64,000 nt of DNA from Antedon mediterranea (lineage: Eukaryota; Animalia; Echinodermata). The DNA is taken from assembly GCF_964355755.1 (NCBI RefSeq), contig NC_092670.1:30740388-30804387 (forward strand). The letters run 5' to 3'. The translations under genes and the position numbers were made by a program. A model generated the notes under the pieces. It searched no databases and was not told the origin of the DNA. It worked only from the letters and a program-made list of their open reading frames with translations. This document shows positions 1 through 12,682 of this stretch, one piece after another (within the stretch, counting starts at the first letter, position 1; every line of letters begins with the position of its first letter).

Positions 1-1009
1 ACATAATATAGGCCTATTAAACTTTAATTTTATTAACAAAGGCCTCTATAAATTAAAAAAAAGGAAGAAAAACGATAATATTAATATCAAAGCAATATAA
101 CAATTAACTAATACAAAAAATCCCGATTGAGTTGAGTAATAATGTCACAAAAAACAAAATATAAGTTACTTTGCTTTGTTGTATACGCTAAAATAAGTTG
201 TCCATGTTTCGAAGATTGTAAGCCTAATTGTTGAACTATAGACAAAACGTAGGTCTACATCGGTATAGCTAAAATAAAGACGTACAGACGATAAACCTGT
301 ATATGACACACTGGAAGTACAGAATTCCTGGTTTTAAAATGTTATTTAATAAGGCGACATAAAGTATAGGGTAAATTCTTATGATTGTTTACCTTTGACG
401 ATGTTTGAGATTGGTATACTTAATTGTATTGGGTATACCTAAACAATTTACAAAAACTGACAATATCTAAATAATGACGTCCAAAGCCAATACATATGAC
501 GTAACTAAACACAGATGTTGTTTAAATATGATAAGATACAACATAGGCTATTTAAGTATATAGTAAACGTACGGTAGACTATAGTAGCCCTGACCAGCAA
601 ATGAGACAGTTTGTCTTGCAATTGCCGCCAGATAGACAAGATTCAACGCAGTAGTCTGGACCTAATAGCTTTTGATCAACGTTAAAACGAGATGCTATAT
701 TGGCTGTCGATTGACAATATAAACATAGAAATAAAGAAACATTTAGATCCATTGTAAGTCAATCACCACTCCGTGGAGGATACTATCACGTACGTAGAGA
801 TGAATGGTTTTATACGAATGACATTGGTACAGCAGCAGTAAAGCGGTTAATGTTATTAAAATGACATATTCGTAAAAGGTTAAATGATCACACCGACAGA
901 AAACAAAACACTTTTAGGCAATCTCGAATGATGTTGAAAAGAGTTGTATGCTAGTAGTACGCCTTTGCACGATTACTTTGATCAATTAGGCCTATACAAG
1001 GCCTAGGTG

Positions 1010-1708
1010 CCTAGTAAGACATCTCTCACAGATTTTGTCCTATTTAAGGACACAATAAAAATATAAGTATATTTATTAGATGAAGTAGATTTTGAAGGAG
1101 CATCCTTAAATTTTAAACTTCGCTCAAACACATTAGCATTGGATAGCAGAGTTTCTAGATGGTCTGAAGAAAATAATGGTTTTTGTACAATTTGTAACAT
1201 TAATCAAGAGGAAACTATAAGACACTTCCTGTTTATCTGTCCTGCTCTTACAAACATATTAAGATTGGAAGAGTTGGATAAGCTTGAACATGCATTAATT
1301 AATTATAATAATATCTGGAATGAATTTTTCAAACTCAACTATCGATAATAAACTGTATTATGTTTTAGGATCAACAGCTATTCCTCTATACCTAATGAAG
1401 TAGAGTAGATTTTTGATAGATTTTGTAAACTTTATGTCAAGAGAGCTTGGAAGAAAAGATCAGAAATTAAGCATGTTCAATCTTTATAGTAGATTAAGAT
1501 CTGTATTACTGAATATTATCAGTTAATTTAAGTTTTAAATTGTTATTTTGTTGGGAGACTTTAGTTAATGTTTATAAATTCTTTTTTTACATATTTGTTT
1601 AGTTAAGTTTGTGAATTTGTAACTTTTACTTAAGAACGCACCAATTGTCATTGATTGAGTGCCACCGATTTAAAGGTGTAAGTTCAAATAAATAAATAAA
1701 TAAATAAA
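1010..1708 (+). mobile_element. 5'-truncated non-LTR retrotransposon (LINE) 3' end: RT C-terminal zinc-finger remnant, 3' UTR and (AAAT)n tail
   Basis: Frame reads FKLRSNTLALDSRVSRW...FCTICNINQEETIRHFLFICPAL, a C-x2-C...E-x3-H-x4-C motif typical of LINE ORF2 C-termini. After disruptions it ends FCKLYVKRAWKKRSEI..., followed by an AT-rich UTR and (AAAT)n at 1686-1708. Confidence 0.8.
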
Positions 1709-1844
1709 CAAACTAAATTGGTACAGTATAACGTTAGTCAGAGTCAAATGAAATACCGGTACTACGGTAATCAACCAAATGAAAAGAAAAAACAAAATGT
1801 TAAACTGTATATGATTATAAATTGTTCGATTTTAAACTGCATTT

Positions 1845-1985
1845 TAAGTGGAGAGAGGCACTAAATAGATAATTCTTGGTCCTCTCTCCATGAAGGTTGC
1901 CTGTCACATAATGCTTGGTATTTCTTTTTTAATGTATTTATATGTTTCATATGGACAGTTTGTCTGAAATAAAGTTGAATTTTAT
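1845..1985 (+). repeat. Probable LINE 3' UTR/tail fragment with stem-loop
   Basis: Inverted repeat TGGAGAGAGG (1849-1858) / CCTCTCTCCA (1881-1890), then a T-rich stretch and GTCTGAAATAAAG, the layout of L2/CR1-group tails. Confidence 0.4.
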
Positions 1986-4900
1986 TGAAAAAAGGTGATA
2001 GTGAGCATCTCCCACGTCGATTAATAATATAACATTTAGAGGCACTATATAGTATCTCATTGGTAGTATTATCAGATATTAATGTATTTTTTTTTTACCG
2101 ATAACTATGTTCAGAATAATATATAAAGCATAATGTATGTGACATTGGTGTGTGGAATCGTGTAGTAATGTTAAACAGAAAGAGTTGAGAGAGCTTGAAA
2201 AACAAACCACGACGAATACTTCAATATGTACCACCATAGTCACTGTATTATCTGTATCTCCAGAAAATATTAATTATGTAACACTGTATCACATGCGTCA
2301 CCTTTATTATGTTATAGGCTTTCCTACGATACCCACATCACATGTGACGCTACATGTGACACTGTATGCACGCATTAGATATGCATTTCCGAGATTCTGC
2401 TAATTTATCGGGGGGAAAAAAGTCTAACTCTTGCTTTATAGAATACCAAGCCTATCAAATTTGCAAAATTACTTACTCTACTTGGATACATCCATGAATT
2501 CCTAAATATAATAGTAGTAAACCACGACTCAAAGTTTGTTTATAGAAATTCAGCTAACAGCTAAGTGCAAAACGTGATGAGAAAATAGCTCCTGATGGCT
2601 AAATATAATAATACTCATTGTTTATAGTTGGCAAGTTTAGATAATTCGCAATTGCTTGTGAAGATATACATAATCTACCTCAAGCTGAGCCTTCTCAATG
2701 TTAATTGTATTCGAAGTACACGCGGCAGATAATACACCCTGGGGTGGGTTATACCGATAGTATTTGATGATGTACTACCAGTAACTTGAGCGCAGAATCA
2801 ATAATTAAAGATCGATACTAAAATTCAATAAGCATAATTCCGTAAAAGGTGAATGCATTCAGTTAAATGCTAAGCATATTCCTGATAAACAATTGAACAT
2901 ATAGTGTGTGAGTTATTCATTAGCAGAAGTTTAATTAATTTAAGTGACGAGAGGAAATGGAAATGTTAGACTCTGGGGTGATCATTCGTAAGTTGGCGTA
3001 CACAAATGACATGCCTACACTGGATTCACAAACTGTGTCAGTAGTATTAATGTTTACACTTGTGTTATATATTGAGTTAATTAAATCCCGCAATTAAAAC
3101 TAATTACTTTCTGCACTATTGCACATTGTAACAAGGCTAATACGAGGAAATACATGATGGAATGCACTGATAATGGAGATAGTATACAAATAACGACTGT
3201 TTATGAGTTGAAAGATTGTTCTATTTAACGAGTCAATTTAGATAAGTCAGGCACATTTTCAACGACAATAAATATTCTCAACAGTTAACGAATAAAAAGC
3301 ATTCATTATTCGTTTTATATTTTAAAACACACTGACACCGAATGTTTTCAAACCCCTATATACTGTAATCTAAAAAACATATTTAATTAATCCAATGACT
3401 GGTGTTGGCTACTCTCGAAATATAAAAAACCAAACTTGTAACTGCATTATCTAACAAAATCGCGTTAAGAAATGAGATAGTGAGCAGTAAATGCACAAAA
3501 AGTAGTACATTTCAATGTCTTCTAAAAGTTTTCAATTTTTTTGTTATATAATATGAATACCGAAATGGTGTTTTACTGTTTATATTGTTATTTGTTGACA
3601 ATCAAGGTGCATTTTCAAGCCATGTTTAAATAATGTATTCGACTAAACATGAAGTACAACATTGATGTGGAAATTCATCTCTACATTATACTGTGATAAC
3701 GATGTTTCCTGTTGATGATGATTATAACAAAAAAAAGAAAATCATCAATTTTTTTTCTGCATGGTGTTTCGTTGAACATTCGTCGCAGAAACGATGCGCA
3801 GAAAAACCAAACAAATACCGTAATAAGGTTTTCAAAGCAAACCGGTAATCATAAAATTACGTTTGATATTGGCTACATCAAGCAATTAATTGCTTACGGA
3901 TACAGAACATTCAAAACAAATCCAATAAAGTATACGATGTAAATTGCGCTGAATATAATACTGCACTTCAAATGAACTTGTTCTAAAACAATTGGCAATG
4001 AAGCACAGAATTAAACTACTTACTTCAGTAAATTGCGTAACGTTCTTACTATCAAAGAACAAATCCATTAGTATGTAAATGGTTATAATTAAATGTAGGT
4101 CTAAATCCCCTAAGCAATTTGCTATGTTACATACACAAAATTAAAGCATTTTTATGTTTAGCTCCATTCAAGAATGGAAAAGAAATACATTTTACAAAAA
4201 TATATTTGTTCACAAAATAAAAAAAATGAATGATTAATTTTAGTCACAAAAAAAATAACAAAATTAGCATTAATGTTATTCTTTTATTAGCGTATTAGAA
4301 TTTAGTTGTTATCAGTGTATTCAATGAGCAAGAAACATATTTGAAAAGACTTTAAGATAATAATAGACGAACAGTGAAATGTCATTTGTTTGAATTGTGA
4401 TAAACAACACAATGTGTTCATTCCAATTTATATCTTCATTAATACACAGATCATAAGATTATGCAACAGAACAAACCAGTGAGTTGTTTGAAACAAATAT
4501 AGAAAGACAACCAAATATAGTGGAAACTACGGACGTTTCATTTCAGTCAGTGAAAGCAATCTTTTCTACGGGAACAGAGGGCAATTGGCCTGGGAGAAAT
4601 TCTAATTAATTCTGACTTCCTTATAAATAGAATTATGCATTATAAGTACATCGAAGGAACTATATAATAAGACTCTTAAACTACCAACAGTTGCGAAATG
4701 TTGTAATTAACTTTGAATCATGTGAAATAAAGCATAATTAATGTATTCCTGAAAAGATATCATGCCAAATTGTTCTTCCAAGCGTGGAAACACGAAATCC
4801 ATCACTATCATTATTTGTGAAGTTTAATGAGCCATGCAGATACTAAAAATATCGACCGCCGATACAGCAGGCTAATGTAACTAGTTTAGCATAGTTTCAT

Positions 4901-7900
4901 CAAGATCACCCTAAAAATGCAACGTTTCAATATACCCATACAGGCCTTTGTTACGGTACCATATATACTTATAATTGTTTATAACTACAGTACTTTGGAG
5001 TAGCTTTTCAGTCAATGTTTTGAGTAATTGGTCTCAAATTGGTAGGGCAAAACATCTGACCATGTAATTCATAATTTGTAATAAAACTATTTGTATGCAA
5101 GATCACAAAAAAACAAGGTGTTCATCATCCTTTAAAAAAAAAATTCCGAAAGTGGGAAGTTTTTTTGTAGACCACTGAACTGAAAGAACAAAATTATGTG
5201 AATGTTGTTTTGTGAGTGTCGGCTCTGTTCTCGTGTTGATTCTAAATTACTGCGTACAACATATGTATACGATTTTTCATATACAAAAAGCTATGCTTTG
5301 GACCAATGATTACGGTATACCCGGAAGCGATCTTTTCTTCCCATCTTGTTAACGCAGAAATATGCACGACATTTATTATGCATAATTTAAGAATGAAAAG
5401 CAATAACTTTTAATACGGCACATAACCGGTCTAATTCCATCTGTGACCATACGGGTTATGGTAAGGTCAACATTGCAACAAAGCATCATGTGCAGGACAT
5501 ATAAAATGATGTTTTCGACATTGTAAGCATGTTTGTATAAAGGAGAGGTGTAAGCTGCAGGGCCTCCGTGCACGACGATCGCTTGGTAGGTCGATGCAAG
5601 CAAACTCATACCATGTACATAGTCAGTATGTTAAGTTAGCACTTCATAAAACCAAAATGCGAATTTTATTACTGCAATAATCAAAGTCATTATAGCTCGT
5701 ATATCATCATTTTGAGAGATTTCATTCATCAAAACTTAGCGATTGTGACTTCAAATATAATCAAATATTTGGCTGACACACTCAATATGAATAATGTGTG
5801 AATATATAATCAATTTCTTGTTTTTTTAATCGGCTTTATCATTGCATATAAAGAATGATAATGAATTGAAATTACATTGAAGAACGACGACAAACGTTGG
5901 ATAGAAGAGATAATTAATCATTAAATACTATAATTAAATGTAATGAATCAAGATTATTGACATGCAACTTTAAAATAAAGTCGACGAAAGGAGATTGCAA
6001 AGATGTTGTTTGGAGGATGCATCTCACAACAATGAGGGAATCGTATTCGGCGACATCGAATTCGGCGACGTCGAATGGGAATCTGTAACACGACGGGCTT
6101 CTCAGGACGGACAGAGAAACGTGTAGTAGCCACGATGACGATACTAATAACGATGAACCCAAATAGACGACCACGATGATACAGACGACAACTTCCAACA
6201 CGCCAACAGCAACCGGGAATCCACAACATTTTAGGATTCAGCCAAGTAGCCTTTTTTGCAATTAAAATCTCATTACACGGAATCACTTCGATGTTACAAC
6301 ACACTTTTCGTAGGCGTGTTGAATCGAATATGCGTGTAATAGCGTGTTAGGATAGGGGACACTGTGCCCTACTGTACACATATCAGGGTATTGTTTTGAC
6401 CTCTCGTTAAATAAAAGTATGTACTGTGAAAATGTTGACCAAATCTAGTAGATAATTGTGCCTTTTTTTGTATATTTTAACCGATTTAGCACTTAACATT
6501 AACGCTAATCAACTGTTGGCATAATTTGGCAAAATGTAGCATAGTTTTATCCTAATTCTAAAACATTTTTTTTTTCTAATTTCAAAAGCAGATTTAAAAA
6601 ATCAATAACTGAATATGCTAAATTTTAAACGAAATCATCCTTTATTAAAATCCTTAATATAAACTCATATTAATTCATACCGTAATGCATGCGAGTATAT
6701 ATACAACTTAGGATTATGAACTACGGTATAACACGGTATTACGATTTAATGTATAACTGCAAGGTTTTTGTGGGGTTGACCTCGACCCGTGCAACACGTT
6801 AAAAATTAAAGACGTGTTCAAATTTAGGGTAAACACAGCCAAGTAGCAGGTACGATTCGAGGTCGTCAATGGAACCGGTGTTCCTACATGACGCAACGCA
6901 AGGACGAGGCGCAATTCAGCGCACGTAATTTAATCAACGATTATATCAATTGCAATGTCACACCATATACTAAATAGTAGGCCTAAAAATAAAACCGCTG
7001 AACAGCCACCATAACGCTGTATAACGTATGCGCAATACTTAGTTATTAATAAAAATATTAATGCTACAATAACATATTCAGTAACACGGTTGGATATACC
7101 ATCGACAATTAGTAAGAGCACTAAAATAATCACATTTATATTTAAGCAACATAATAATAACCATGACATAACGCTTGTATAATTAATGTTTAGTAATCAT
7201 TCATTTACTTACATTAAATAGTCGCATAGCCAGTGATGTGGATTAAATGTCTCTAGTCCTAGCCAACTTGGAATATATCTGTTACGTAATTGATCTCCTT
7301 AAAATTCCAAACTAACAAGGCAGCCGCAGTGCAAAACATGTATCAACAAAATAGTTAATTGCTTCTACAAAAGATTACTGTTTCGATACATTCATGGCGT
7401 GAAGTTTTGTATGCGACAATGTTGGTGTTTAAATCCAGTAGATAAGTCGATGACCGTTGTGAGAGACTTTGGCTAGCGGATCTAAACACAATTCTCGGCT
7501 AGCATCCGAACAGAAAGTCGTATGCCTCGTCTTTGAAATAAGAAATAATACTGAATACGCGTTCACACACATTGTAACTTAGTGACGTAACACAATAGTA
7601 CAACGTAATATTTAACCGTCATGACATCACATAACACATCTCGCTATCTGGACTGTGACACGTGACACTGTCCATCTAAATTCACTCTAATTACAGTTCA
7701 GTAAGTAGATCACTTGGGAATGCCGCATCAATTAGGCCAATCTTTGTTTTTTTATACATTTTATCATTTTGATTTATTTTTATCGGCGCTTTATAGTGCC
7801 TTCACCGGAAGTGAAAACATTGGATTTGTGTCTGCATCCAAATGTTTATTTCTTTGAAATATTAAATCACACAAAAATCGTTTCACGCTATTTTTCAAAT

Positions 7901-8640
7901 CATTGAAATAATCACACATATTCGTTTCAAATCTTATGTTGTAATCATTAGTATGTATATCATGATACAGCTATCAAACGCATAAACTGCGTTATGTTGC
8001 ATAAAGTACTGTATCTTCTTGTAAAAACAATTTTACCGGAAATAGGGTCAAAGCACGTGGAGTAATTATATGAAATTATATGACATATATGACACATTAT
8101 ATGTAATGTGATTCCATGTATACTATGACTTTCAGTATGCCATTTACATTAGTAATTAAACAAAATTAACAATTAACACATATAGTTTTGAAACACTAAC
8201 ATATTTTCCAACGTTAATAGAAATTGTTTAGTTAGTTAGGTCTTTCAAATTAGGTTAATGCGGCAGAATTTGTTGATGACGTAATCACCACCATCGAAAC
8301 ATCGACAATCTTCTTACACATGGAAACTACATAATTTCATAATGGTGTAAGTTTGCAACTATATCGGCAGATGTTAAGTGATAACGTACAAAGGTCCACA
8401 CCCTACGGTAGACACATTCCATTAAATATAGAGTAGCAATTTCCGTCCTAGTTATGTGATACCAATTGCTTTTATAAAATTGCTACTTAAACCTCTATAG
8501 GTACGGTAAGCAACAATTAAAATAAAATTATATTATTTATTACTATATATTATAGACGAAGAAACACGGGTCGTGCCAGTATATCTCGTAAACTTGAATT
8601 TAAGCCTACTAATATTAACACATGTCCTTTTTTGTTTCAG

Positions 8641-9740
8641 AAATGCCCGGAACGTCGTGAAAAAAAGAACTATTTAAGGCCTGGAAACCAAGCAAATGTT
8701 TTAAGAATAGGTAAGTTATTATAAAGTATGGCGAGGTATATAATGAACATCCGATGACACCTGCCCCACCAAAACACAATGAAGAAATAATAAATAATTT
8801 TTTAATTTCTTTTCTGCCGGACAGCCATTTCAGGCTCTGTCCTGTGCAGTTTCCATAATGTGAACGATGACGAGAATACGAAAAATGATTCTCAAACATC
8901 CTTTCAAGCCTGGTGAAACGTTCAACCTACCTTCAGAATTACAATTATTCAAATGATATATATACTTTCTATCATAACACTACCTCAAACATCGGCCATC
9001 GCATATGACAATCAAGAATTGCCATTTGACATTGACAATTGCATAATATAATAAGTGGATTTGCAAGAGATCTCCTATTCTGGATGGAATATCTTTGGAC
9101 GTAGAAACGGTGAGCCAACCCAATGGTATAGCTCTTAACTGGATAAGAAAATGGTGCTTCCTGGACGTTATCAATAATGTACCGGCAATTGGATACACAC
9201 CAGACGGAGTGACAGTAAAATACTTACTACCAATGGACATTACTCAAGTCTGTCTAGCCCAAGCATCACTTCACTAACCTCTTACGATCAATCATCAATA
9301 TGTAGCAATCACCTGAACAAACAAGACTTCAAGACTTGGAACACTGGATAAAATGCATTTCAATTGAAATCCAGATAATGGATGGAAAACTTAAAAACCA
9401 TGTTCAATGTTTGGCATCTGATCGGATAATCTTTAGGTACTGGTACTGGTTCAAATCTGGTAGCCATTGACTTGAAGTTGGCATTTGGATGTGTTACTTT
9501 TAAATGTAGGCCTACAGTATGAGAGTGACTACTACCAAATTACACAGTCACAAAACAACTTATAAAACAGTTCATATATACAGTTACAACATTGCTGGGA
9601 ATTATAAATTTCTGTTGAAGCAGGCTCTAATGAAGTTGCATCTAGTAAGTTGACTTTGTTGTACAACTCTATCAAGTACTGATGGTATCTTCCGACCTCT
9701 TCGTTTACTTTGTGTTGTGTGAAAAGTGGGTTAAATTGAA
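8641..9740. pseudogene. Patch of decayed coding fragments on both strands, probably the remnant of a large DNA element
   Basis: Plus-strand exon-like segment 8641-8710 (TTTTGTTTCAG acceptor, AG|GTAAGT donor, open frame KCPERREKKNYLRPGNQANVLRI). Stop-ridden protein-like frames follow (NQELPFDIDNCII**...PGRYQ*CTGNW). On the minus strand near 9540-9730: PLFTQHKVNEEVGRYHQYLIELYNKVNLL. No family assigned with certainty. Confidence 0.35.
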
Positions 9741-9880
9741 ATCAAACGGTTCTTAATTTTTAAGTACCTACGAAATATATGTTAATACTGTACATGTGTT
9801 TGAAAACGTCTTATAATATCGTCATACTTTTTTTAATGACCAAAGCTAATATTAAATGATTATATGTTTTTAATGTATAG

Positions 9881-10438
9881 GTAGTACTTGGCTCTGGGTC
9901 GTCTGGCCAAGTTTTTCTTAATGGCAAATTTGTGGCTGTTAAGGCTATCACAACAATCTAACAAATTCAATCGGTTCATCGACAAGCTGGCAGTTTCCCT
10001 TGAAGCTAGAATAATGAAGGTATTATCCCAAGAAAGCTTTGCTTTCACAATATTTTGGACATCGCAGAAGGAATCGAAGTACTTCAGATGAATGGTTTGA
10101 TGCACAGTGATCTGTCTAGCCGTAATGTTCTCCTTTACAACTAAGGTTCTCGTACCTCAGTAAAAATTGTCGACTTTGGGTCAGTTAGCACCGCAGAAGC
10201 ACAGTTAGGTTTCTTCCAAGCCGATGTTTCCATGCAAGATCATCCAGAACATGCGCCAGAGCTGTATAGCATCAACACACCACCGACCTTTGCCTCAGAC
10301 ATCTACAGTTTTGGTGTCATAATTGAAGGAATTGACGCCAACAAAGCATTAATGCCGCTATTGGATATAAGTGGATTCTGCCTTCATTCTAGACCAGACC
10401 AAAGACCAGCCATCGAAGACTTAATTGATCACATTTAA
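9881..10438 (+). pseudogene. Protein kinase pseudogene (TK/TKL-like catalytic loop, non-RD)
   Basis: Ordered subdomains: VVLGSGSSGQVF (G-loop, 9881), VAVK (9932), EARIMKVL (different frame), DIAEGIEVL, HSDLSSRNVLL (10103), in-frame TAA at 10142, VKIVDFG (DFG at 10172), HAPE, SDIYSFGVI, CLHSRPDQRP, stop at 10438. There are frameshifts, and subdomains IV-V are missing. Confidence 0.9.
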
Positions 10439-10594
10439 TTATGACGGTGTACAATTTCTATACTATCATTATTAAATATTTTATCTGAAAGTTTTATCAG
10501 TTAATGTGGGGTACTTGTTTGACTATCACTTTAGTTAACCAATTAACCGTATTTCGTCGGCAAAGTTTATAGTTAGGGAATTTTAGGTCAAAAT

Positions 10595-10679
10595 AAGGCC
10601 ATATACATGGCTGCAGTTGCGTGCTCAAGTTAGTGTTTACCGACCAACCGACCGACCGAACCGACCGACATAGTGAGCT
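10595..10679 (-). mobile_element. Short Helentron-like non-autonomous element (HINE) fragment
   Basis: AAGGCCATATACATGGCTGCAGTTGCGTGC...GTGTTTA(CCGA)n CATAGTGAGCT shares both ends with the copies at 48176-48867 and 63591-63707. Confidence 0.7.
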
Positions 10680-11610
10680 GATATATTGATCTGCTATGGT
10701 GTTTGTTACAGCGCCCTCATGTGTTTCATCAAAAGTAAATACTTCTGTAAAGTAGAGTGCAGACAATCTAAACACTGATAGAGAAGTTGACTTATGTTAT
10801 CTTGGTGTAAACATTCATTTCATCATTCAGAATACTTAATTGAAAAAATGGTAAGCAAGTAATTTATGACATATCCCGACAGTTGGATATGTGTCCTGGT
10901 CATTTGTTTAAAGGTTTGAAATAACAGCAATGACAGACAATAAATGCAAACCTCTTCCAACCTACTAATGCAGTATATTAATAATCATATAAATCAATTA
11001 GACTCGAGTTATCGATAATTAGTCGATTTTCAGTCCAGTAAATCGCCACGAAAGAGTGGATCCCAACAGCAGGCTATAAGTATCCAACAAAAAGTGTTCG
11101 TTAAGGTGAATTAAAAGCGACATAAAGCAAATTGTTAAAAACAAATCTCCAATATAAAACGATCAATGTTTTTTTTAAATAATCATGTGGGACTAATTGT
11201 AAAGATCCACAATCAAGAATCAATAGATGATATAATAACAGTAAAGACAATACATCATTATTTTAGAAATGCGGTTAATAGAAAAGTCAGTAAAATCATA
11301 TAGCACAATGGGTAGATAAATATCCAGCACTGAAAACTAACATAAATGCTGTATGATAACATCTGCATCAAGTGAGAACCAATGCAGTTTACTTACATTC
11401 ATCTAACACAAGAACCCCTTCTATGGAAACCCATAGAGGATACTTTACAGAGAATTGTACGAGTAAAATAATTACATTATATTTTAACCCTAGCAGTCAA
11501 AGCACTAGGGTAGATCTACCTATATGTTTGGGTCTCGAAGGTCCCCTTAATATCGGTTAGGAACAATGAGTGAGCGCCATTAGGAAACGAACCACATGTT
11601 AACACGATTA

Positions 11611-12682
11611 GGCCCTGTTCAGACCCATGGCGTTAGACCGTTTTAGCGTACAACGTTACTATCAAGGTCACGTTACAAACCGCAGAGAAAAAAACGAGGT
11701 GTTCAGACCCATAGCGTACGATTATCGTTACAAAGTACGTCATCCAAGTTGTTTCTAGTTGCATATTCATGTGCTCTTACCCACGTGTTTTCATCATTAT
11801 TTCCACTGTATACAGGCCTAGATCTCAGCCCTACAATTATGACAAAATTTGCCGTAAATAAAACATACCTCAGCATTTATTTAAGAAAAATATAGTAAAG
11901 CCAAATTTCTGTTTCTATTGTTTTTATTTTGTAGTAAAAAACATTTTCCCCAGGCTCTTGTGTTACGAAAATAAAGCAGGCCTCGTAATGATGAAGAAAA
12001 AAATGATTGTGATTAGTCTATCCAGTCCAGTCAAAGATTATATATTCTTTGGTCCAGTCGGTTGAAAATAACCCTTAACTTGCTAATAAAAGGGAAACAG
12101 CTCCCCTTGTTTGTTTACTGATTTTTTTAGGAGTTAGGGGGTTTTCAGCATTAAACTTGTCCAGTCTAGTCTCCCTTGTATGAATGAGTGACTTGATGTC
12201 CCAGGCTAGTTTTTAGCTTGAATGAAATGCGTGAATGGCTTTAGGCCTAGCTAGGCCTAAAAGCGGATGGGATCGTAGTCCCTATGTTTAAATACAAGGT
12301 GCATGTATTTATGTCATTTGTTAGAAAATATAATGGTAATCAGTTGATAATAGTTTGTAGCCTTTGTAACAGTTGTATTTGTAGTGTAGTTAGGCCTTAT
12401 TTATTCTGGCCTTTTTGTTATTGAAATCCATCTCACACATTGACGATACAAGATGTCAGCCTAGGTCAAACCTTGTTTCGCGTCATAACAGGAAACGTTC
12501 TGATTGGATACAACGTTGACTTACAGTAGCGTCGTACGCTAAAACTGTACTATCAACCGTTTTCCACTACAACGCTACAACCGTTGTACAACGCGTTGTA
12601 CGCTAATCCCCAACTGTTCAGACACACATTCTTTTAGCGTCGTACGCTAAAACGGTCTAACGCCATGGGTCTGAACAGGGCC
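11611..12682. mobile_element. Non-autonomous DNA transposon/MITE, 1072 bp, 41-bp perfect TIRs (PIF/Harbinger-like termini)
   Basis: GGCCCTGTTCAGACCCATGGCGTTAGACCGTTTTAGCGTAC at 11611, with its exact reverse complement ending at 12682. Flanked by TA on both sides (TTA left, TAT right). Subterminal TIR-like repeats at ~11700 and ~12615; no ORF. Confidence 0.92.

Noticed and set aside
10232-10438. 68-aa ORF as a functional small kinase
   Set aside because: It is only the C-terminal lobe of the disrupted kinase; upstream subdomains carry stops and frameshifts.
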